Shown in pieces: positions 58,515-64,000 of a DNA stretch of 64,000 nucleotides. The notes beneath the pieces were generated by a model. That model did not search any database and was not told the origin of the DNA. It worked only from the letters and a program-made list of their open reading frames with translations. The stretch is from Eubacterium sp. (GTDB lineage Bacteria; Bacillota; Clostridia; Lachnospirales; Lachnospiraceae), in contig JBKTKJ010000001.1 of assembly GCA_047242425.1 (NCBI GenBank), forward strand, positions 1,529,120-1,593,119, written 5' to 3'. Numbering within the stretch: the first letter of the stretch is position 1; every line of letters begins with the position of its first letter. A program made the translations under genes and the position numbers.

Positions 58515-59423
58515 TTAATTCCTTTTAAAATAAAGCATTTTTTCCGGGTTTATTCTGCCCCATCCCTGTCTGTTTTTATCCATTTTCATATCAATTGCAG
58601 TATTCTTTATTATTTTTTTACATTCCACATTGGAAAGTTCAGGATATTGCGACAGTAAAAGGCACAACGTGCCCGAAACTATGGGAGTTGCCATAGATGT
58701 TCCGCTTTTTGTAACGTATGCATAATTTTTTTTCCATAAACTGCAGCAACTATAGATCATATTGGCAGGTGCCACAACATCCGGCTTTTGTATGCATTCA
58801 GAGGTAGGACCTCTCCCCGAGTAATTCATTGTAATCTTACCATTGACAATCATCTTTATGTTATCATTCAATGCACCTACGGTAATTACTTTTTTGCTGT
58901 CTCCCGGTGTGGAGATAGTATTAATTCCCGGTCCGTTATTTCCTGCCGCAGCAACAACCACATATCCCATATCCCATAAAAGTTCAACAGCTTCCACCAG
59001 CCTTTTATTCTGTTCTCCTTCATGTCCAAAAGTACCAAAAGAAATATTTACAACTTTAATGTCCATATATCTGCCATTATCTATAATCCACCATATTCCA
59101 TCTATTACATGATCCTCTTTTCCTATTCCCTTATGATCCAGAACTTTTATAGATACTATATTGGAACGGGGCGCTACCCCTCTAAACATTCCTCCGGATA
59201 AAACTCCGTTCCCTGCAATAATCCCTGCCACATGGGTTCCATGACCTTCATCATCATAATTTTTATTTTTATTATTTACAAAATCCTTAAAACCAATAAT
59301 CCTATCATCAAAATCCGGATGTTCTGAAATTCCAGAATCCAAAACTGCCACAGTTACTCCCTGACCCATGATTCCTCTTTGGTGCAAATTATTAATTCCA
59401 AGCATCTGTCTTACTTTTCTCAT
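58515..59423 (-). CDS. S8 family (subtilisin-like) serine peptidase without signal peptide
   Basis: ORF track 58515..59456 (TTG). ATG at 59421-59423 (MRKVRQMLGI) has AAGGAA 7 nt upstream. Catalytic triad contexts VAVLDSG, HGTHVAG, GTSMATP. Size and lack of a leader resemble Bacillus intracellular serine protease. Confidence 0.85.
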   Translation of the reverse strand: MRKVRQMLGINNLHQRGIMGQGVTVAVLDSGISEHPDFDDRIIGFKDFVNNKNKNYDDEGHGTHVAGIIAGNGVLSGGMFRGVAPRSNIVSIKVLDHKGIGKEDHVIDGIWWIIDNGRYMDIKVVNISFGTFGHEGEQNKRLVEAVELLWDMGYVVVAAAGNNGPGINTISTPGDSKKVITVGALNDNIKMIVNGKITMNYSGRGPTSECIQKPDVVAPANMIYSCCSLWKKNYAYVTKSGTSMATPIVSGTLCLLLSQYPELSNVECKKIIKNTAIDMKMDKNRQGWGRINPEKMLYFKRN

Positions 59424-59555
59424 TATGCAATTCCTTGTATTCATACGTTTATACAATAATATATGACAATTTTTATTTCAGTTTAAAACAATTTGTAAAC
59501 AAGACAGGCTTTGCCACATATTATTTAGTGTAATCAAAATTTAGGGAGAATTATC

Positions 59556-59795
59556 ATGAGTGATTTAGCAGCAACAAACTGTGGATGCGGTTGTGAAGGA
59601 GGAAACAATAACTGTTTATTCCTTATCCTTATTCTCTTATTCTGTGGCGGCTGTGGCTGTGGTAACAATAACGGATGCGGCTTCGGTGGCGGAAATGACT
59701 GCTGTAGCATAATCTGGATTATTTTACTTCTCAGCTGCTGTGGAAACGGCAATAATGGCATCTTTGGTAATAACAGTTGCGGTTGCGGCTGCTAA
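59556..59795 (+). CDS. 79-aa Cys/Gly/Asn-rich protein with two hydrophobic helices (unassigned; YjcZ-like architecture)
   Basis: GGGAG SD 7 nt upstream of the ATG. MSDLAATNCGCGCEGGNNNC LFLILILLF CGGCGCGNNNGCGFGGGNDCC SIIWIILLLS CCGNGNNGIFGNNSCGCGC. Confidence 0.6.
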   Translation: MSDLAATNCGCGCEGGNNNCLFLILILLFCGGCGCGNNNGCGFGGGNDCCSIIWIILLLSCCGNGNNGIFGNNSCGCGC

Positions 59796-59982
59796 TTGAT
59801 GACGACAATCTATACGAATACGATTTTCAGTGTTTGTTAACCGGTATTCTTAAAGAGTATGAAGTAAGTAATGTGAACTTATTCATTTTACTTGTCATCA
59901 TAAGCATTTAAGTTTATGAATTTGCATAAGTTTAATAAGCAGCCAAAAGTATGATTTCTAGTTGATGGGGGATTACAGCCTT

Positions 59983-60351
59983 ATGGAAAATGAACAGTTA
60001 AAGCAAACAAAATTCGATTCCATGGTTACAAACAAGAATATGCAGTTAGCCAAGGCTGTAATTCCTTACATCGACAACAGAATCGGAAATTATCTTGGTA
60101 TGTATATAAAATTTAAAGAATTGCAGAATGCTGCCCGGATCAATTCAAATGTTGCTGTTGCTGCCATGAATGCTGACAAGCATAAGGAAAATATTGGGAT
60201 GGAAAGCATGTTTGAGGATATTAAAGATTTCCTCAGCGATGACGAAAGAGAGACCATTGATACCATTATGACAATGATGGAAATGATGAATATGGATGAT
60301 GATGCCAAACAGGATTTTATGGGAAGTTACATGAATATGTTTGGTATGTAA
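59983..60351 (+). CDS. hypothetical small helical protein with Met-rich C-terminal tail
   Basis: ORF track 59962..60351 (TTG). ATG at 59983 (MENEQLKQTK) follows GGGGGA by 10 nt. No family recognised. Confidence 0.55.
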   Translation: MENEQLKQTKFDSMVTNKNMQLAKAVIPYIDNRIGNYLGMYIKFKELQNAARINSNVAVAAMNADKHKENIGMESMFEDIKDFLSDDERETIDTIMTMMEMMNMDDDAKQDFMGSYMNMFGM

Positions 60352-60380
60352 TGAATCAAATTGTAATAAAAGGAGGTAAA

Positions 60381-60674
60381 ATGATTAATAACAAATGGAT
60401 GGATGACCCTGTTCTCTCAGGTGTTTCAAGTGAAAAAATGGAGATTCTGACCAAAATACTGGACAGTTCAAATGGTATGGAGCCCAAACAAATGCTTACA
60501 TACTTTATTCAGGAGTCCAACAAAGCTTCAAAAAATGGTATTAATTTCACCGATGCCGAAACTGATGCTATTTTAAATGTTTTAAAGACCGATATGACTC
60601 CTGAAGAAATCAGGAAAATTGATACGATTAAACGAATGGTCAATATGTTGTCAAAGAAAAAAGGGCGTATATAA
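60381..60674 (+). CDS. hypothetical small helical protein (shares IDTI motif with preceding gene)
   Basis: ORF track 60351..60674. ATG at 60381 (MINNKWMDDP) follows AAGGAGGT closely. Confidence 0.55.
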   Translation: MINNKWMDDPVLSGVSSEKMEILTKILDSSNGMEPKQMLTYFIQESNKASKNGINFTDAETDAILNVLKTDMTPEEIRKIDTIKRMVNMLSKKKGRI

Positions 60675-60690
60675 CGCCCTTTCCTTTTAC
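60661..60690. terminator. bidirectional terminator
   Basis: aagggcgt-atata-acgccctt stem overlapping the stop at 60672-60674, followed by TCCTTTT. Convergent with the next gene. Confidence 0.65.
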
Positions 60691-61797
60691 TTATCTCTGT
60701 CCTCCAATCGCTTTCACAGTCTCCTTTAATTCTTCTTCCGATTTACAATAAGTCCACTTATACATATCCCGTTCTGAATTTTTGATAAAAAGTTTTCCGT
60801 TTTTGTATATTAAATTTTTGGATGTATATCCATAATATTTTTTTAATTTTTTAACCAGATCCTTTCCTCCCTTAAAACTATACGCATCCTTCTTTTTGGA
60901 ATTCTTCTTATATTGCATCACAACAGTATATTCTGCAGCCATTCCTCCCGGGCTGCAATTTGTTACCAACGCACATCCCTTATACAATCTGCCTAATTTT
61001 ATTTTCTGAACCACATATCTTTCAAGAAAACATTCATAATGAAATGTCTGTCCGGTTTTTTCGTTCACTAAATCTATGTAAATAATATGATTATTTTTAG
61101 ACTTTAAAGAAAAAGTTCTTTTCTTTGTTATGTTTTTATTTATATATGAATTTTTTGTGTCATGATATACTGTTATTTTTTTTGCTTTCCATCCCTTTGC
61201 AAGAAACAACTCTAATTTGACCTTTTTTCTTACATTGGTATAAATGGAACCACAAACAGAATGTTTCTGGGATTTATTTAACTTTTTTCCTCCAATCTCT
61301 AATTTTTTAATAGGAGTACCCTTTAATACTGTTAACTGTTTGGATACTGTAACTGAATTTCCCTGATCATCGGAAATAGTACAGCTAATAACTGTCCTGC
61401 CGCCTTTTTTTACTTGAAAAATATTTCGGCGTTCCAAAACAGGATAGGACGGTACCGAACAATCACCTGTAGATTCATAATAATTAACATCCTTATATTT
61501 TGCTATATTTTTATCACTTGACTTCCATTCGTAATGAAGTTTTTCGTATTCTTTATCCTCTTGTACTTTTCCGCCTGCATTTTCCTTGTTGGGATATCCT
61601 TCCTTTGACAGATAAAACTCTGCCTCTTGCTCAAATTCATAGATATATTCGGGCCCTTCTATTGTTATTCCATTTAACAATGGGTTATTGTTTGTTTCTC
61701 CAGCGGACACACTCAATGAATGCACCAGTATTCCCAAAACAGACATCACCAAAAAGCAAATTAAAAATTTTGATAATACCCCAAATAGTTTCTTCAT
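60691..61797 (-). CDS. hypothetical secreted/anchored Lys-rich protein
   Basis: ORF track 60691..61857. ATG at 61795-61797 (MKKLFGVLSKFLICFLVMSVLGILVHSLSVSAGE) has AGGAG upstream. No family recognised. Confidence 0.5.
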   Translation of the reverse strand: MKKLFGVLSKFLICFLVMSVLGILVHSLSVSAGETNNNPLLNGITIEGPEYIYEFEQEAEFYLSKEGYPNKENAGGKVQEDKEYEKLHYEWKSSDKNIAKYKDVNYYESTGDCSVPSYPVLERRNIFQVKKGGRTVISCTISDDQGNSVTVSKQLTVLKGTPIKKLEIGGKKLNKSQKHSVCGSIYTNVRKKVKLELFLAKGWKAKKITVYHDTKNSYINKNITKKRTFSLKSKNNHIIYIDLVNEKTGQTFHYECFLERYVVQKIKLGRLYKGCALVTNCSPGGMAAEYTVVMQYKKNSKKKDAYSFKGGKDLVKKLKKYYGYTSKNLIYKNGKLFIKNSERDMYKWTYCKSEEELKETVKAIGGQR

Positions 61798-61944
61798 AAC
61801 TGCAGTCTCCTTATTTCTTCTTTCCTGTATCATATCCATAATAAAATACATTTTCATAATTCTATATATAATAATCTCTAATACGTGGAAAATGTTAACC
61901 CCCAGTATAGTTCATTAAATTGAAACCATACTCATCATCACAAA

Positions 61945-62247
61945 TCATAATCCGTGTACCATTTGAATGATTACGTTTAATACATGCGTTTCATTTTTTC
62001 CTAAACATTTACCTCCTTCGTTTTTATTTCCCCAAATATCAATATGATTAATTGGATTACCCGCACAATAAGAATACAGATTCCATGTGCTATAATTATC
62101 CTGTTCTCCCTTATAACTGTCCTGTGTCAGAAAAGTTATGTCATTCGTACTGCAATACATAGCATCCAAATAATAATGTCCTGTCAGTTCATCAGAACCA
62201 CGCCTAAAAGACCTGGCTCTGATTTTCTGATATTTGCTATTTCTCAC
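61945..62247 (-). pseudogene. orphan, degenerate RHS/YD core-end plus truncated toxin tip
   Basis: ...DELTGHYYLDAMYCSTNDITFLTQDSYKGEQDNYSTWNLYSYCAGNPINHIDIWGN parallels the end of the full RHS gene. The DPxGH cleavage motif is degraded to DIWGN and only 26 aa follow. Confidence 0.65.
62054..62194. repeat. RHS core-end repeat, copy in orphan fragment
   Basis: 141 bp aligning without gaps to 63774-63914. I counted 17 mismatches by hand (about 88% identity). Confidence 0.8.
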
Positions 62248-62287
62248 GCTTTATATGGTTCACCCAATTGTCAAAAACAATTCATCT

Positions 62288-63022
62288 TCATTCTTTTTCA
62301 TTTATAACATACTTTCCCATCCTTTTCATCTGGAACTTACATAAAAATCCTGCTACGATAAAAATAACTAGAAAAAACCATGCTGCATAACAACCATATT
62401 CCATATTCATCATCGGAATAAAAAAGTCTTCCCATTCTCCCCCCATGATAAAAGGTGCATATGAAGAAGATCCCAAAATACCAACAAGTTGTATTGCACC
62501 TATAAATGAGCATAAGAAAAAATAAATTTCATCATAATATTTTACCCTTGTCATAATAATTCCACAAAAAATCCCAACTATCACTGAAACAATAACTGCA
62601 AAATCCTTCGCTAGATAATCTATCAACAAGTCCGGTCTATAATTTCCCATTAGTTCGTAAAAGTCAACACCTATCCAGCTAATCAATGCATTTATTAAAA
62701 TATAGCTTACTTGCATGAAAAAGGTAAATGAAATAATAAATATATTTCCTTTTTTTAATTTTCCAAGGAACAAAAAAACTAGGATTCCTATCACTGAACC
62801 AATACATATGGAAATCCAGTGTTCCCATATTATATAACCAACCATTCCTCCAAATAAAGTTCCAAAATATGCCCCGATTATATTTGCAACAAACTTTCGT
62901 GAAAATTTGTATGCAAAAAATCCAATCATAATTCCAATAATTATATTTATTATATTAAATATTTCTGGAATGTGTATTGTGTAATATAAATACAATAGTA
63001 TTTCTTTCCCATCAATCATCAT
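62288..63022 (-). CDS. polytopic membrane protein, candidate immunity protein for the RHS toxin
   Basis: 244 aa, about 7-8 hydrophobic helices. Starts 27 nt after the RHS stop with a GGGGAA SD. The call is positional only. Confidence 0.5.
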   Translation of the reverse strand: MMIDGKEILLYLYYTIHIPEIFNIINIIIGIMIGFFAYKFSRKFVANIIGAYFGTLFGGMVGYIIWEHWISICIGSVIGILVFLFLGKLKKGNIFIISFTFFMQVSYILINALISWIGVDFYELMGNYRPDLLIDYLAKDFAVIVSVIVGIFCGIIMTRVKYYDEIYFFLCSFIGAIQLVGILGSSSYAPFIMGGEWEDFFIPMMNMEYGCYAAWFFLVIFIVAGFLCKFQMKRMGKYVINEKE

Positions 63023-63049
63023 TGAACTGTTCCCCTTTATATTTTTCTA

Positions 63050-64000
63050 TCAAGAAACCGGTAATGTATAATATGGTCCGCTCGGGTTATACACTACAAG
63101 ATTTTCACCAGTAGGATAGTTTATTGCCGGTATTGGCATTCCAACATTATGCGTCTTATAATAAATTTTACTTTCTATCCAAGTTCCTCTTTGACGGATA
63201 TTTGCATAATTGGTCTTACCTGCAAAAGCGTATGTATAACCATCAAGTCTTTTATTCCACTTCTTTGCAAAATTTTTATTTTTTTTATTTGGAGTTGCTG
63301 TATTACACGAAAAAAATGTGGTTTTAGGCATACAAAATGAACTCTTATTAATCTTTTTAATATCTTTTGCTTTCAAAGTTAATTTTTTTTCATTGCTTGT
63401 TCCATCATACCCAAACGCTATTTTTCCTGGAAATCCATGCGCATAAACTGTAAAACTTGTTATTAAATCATCGCTTTCCCTCTCCTTATTAAGATATTTT
63501 ATAAGACTTTTTTTTGAATTAAAATATTTTATTTTGATTTTTTTACTAATCTTTTTCGCTTGTTTTTTAAAACTTTTCTTATCATCTTTTGTCCATCCCT
63601 GATTGGCTATTAACCAAGTGACCTTTTCCGTTGTATCGGATATATCTTTTAAATTTTTTAGTGCAGTTTCTATAAACTCATAATAAAAACCACCACTATC
63701 TTTTTTCGTTTTACTGTATACTCCGCCTGACACTACTATTTTTTCGTGCCCACTTGGATCAATATAAGCTATCGGATTACCTTCACAATACGCATACAGA
63801 TTCCATGTACTATAATTATCCTGTTTTCCTCTATAACTGTCCTGTGTCAGGAAAGTTATGTCATTCGTACTGTAATACCTTGCATTCAAATAATAACGTT
63901 CTGTCAATTCATCATAAACACCTGATGTATAACAAATCTCATTATAAAATTCTTGATTGCCTAACTTCTGTGTTTCTCCATAATCATCATATTTATATGC
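63050..64000 (-). CDS. RHS/YD-repeat polymorphic toxin, C-terminal part (N-terminus beyond window)
   Basis: The frame stays open from 64000 (AYKYDDYGETQKLGNQEFYNEICYTSGVYDELTERYYLNARYY...). The ORF-track M at 63907 is an internal TTG. Core end NPIAYIDPSGHE is followed by a 231-aa variable C-terminal domain. Confidence 0.85.
   Translation of the reverse strand, partial: AYKYDDYGETQKLGNQEFYNEICYTSGVYDELTERYYLNARYYSTNDITFLTQDSYRGKQDNYSTWNLYAYCEGNPIAYIDPSGHEKIVVSGGVYSKTKKDSGGFYYEFIETALKNLKDISDTTEKVTWLIANQGWTKDDKKSFKKQAKKISKKIKIKYFNSKKSLIKYLNKERESDDLITSFTVYAHGFPGKIAFGYDGTSNEKKLTLKAKDIKKINKSSFCMPKTTFFSCNTATPNKKNKNFAKKWNKRLDGYTYAFAGKTNYANIRQRGTWIESKIYYKTHNVGMPIPAINYPTGENLVVYNPSGPYYTLPVS
63774..63914. 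repeat. RHS core-end repeat, copy in the full-length gene
   Basis: See 62054-62194. Confidence 0.8.

Noticed and set aside
59534-59761. 75-aa Pro/Gln-rich ORF antisense to the Cys-rich gene
   Set aside because: It is the mirror image of GC-rich Cys/Gly codons (GCA/GCC/ACA read in reverse). It has no SD and lies entirely inside the better-supported plus-strand gene.
1-64000. Search by eye for rRNA, tRNA, CRISPR arrays, IS elements, integrases, reverse transcriptases
   Set aside because: None recognised. Intergenic regions are short (273 bp or less) and are explained by promoters and terminators. The only repeats noticed, besides short operator-like and intergenic repeats, are the rlmH 17-mer and the RHS core-end block.

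Overview
AT-rich, gene-dense chromosomal segment, mostly minus-strand, from an endospore-forming Firmicute with Clostridia-type gene order. All calls come from reading the supplied translations and hand-inspecting intergenic DNA; no searches were run.

Core content:
- a partial aminotransferase, then pgsA-rimO-rpoZ-gmk-yicC, rqcH and glgA
- the classic asp23-nusB-xseA-xseB-ispA-dxs-tlyA-nadK-argR-recN-spoIVB-spo0A cluster, with an FHA/SseB-like gene wedged between spoIVB and spo0A
- a MacB-type ABC pair preceded by a membrane-tethered HMA protein
- feoA-feoA-feoB plus a 49-aa Cys-rich gene absent from the ORF track, with a divergent DtxR-family regulator
- the complete spoIIIAA-AH operon
- a Big_2/NodB deacetylase and an amino-acid ABC importer
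- rlmH, HAD, yebC, mazF, alr, nnr, rex, an ABC-F ATPase, arcC, ppk1, pfkA, an ABC exporter and icd

Accessory content:
1. A 2.2-kb islet (GNAT + AbiEii/AbiEi) bounded by an exact 17-bp direct repeat that duplicates the last codons and stop of rlmH. This is the same position that SCC elements use in staphylococci. No recombinase lies inside it.
2. A locus with a leaderless S8 protease divergent from a 79-aa Cys/Gly/Asn-rich protein with two hydrophobic helices, followed by two small proteins that share a motif. This is my best candidate for something undescribed.
3. The 3' end of an RHS/YD polymorphic toxin with an unassigned C-terminal domain, a polytopic membrane immunity candidate and a degenerate orphan toxin tip sharing about 141 bp of homology.

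No rRNA, tRNA, CRISPR array, IS element or integrase was recognised.
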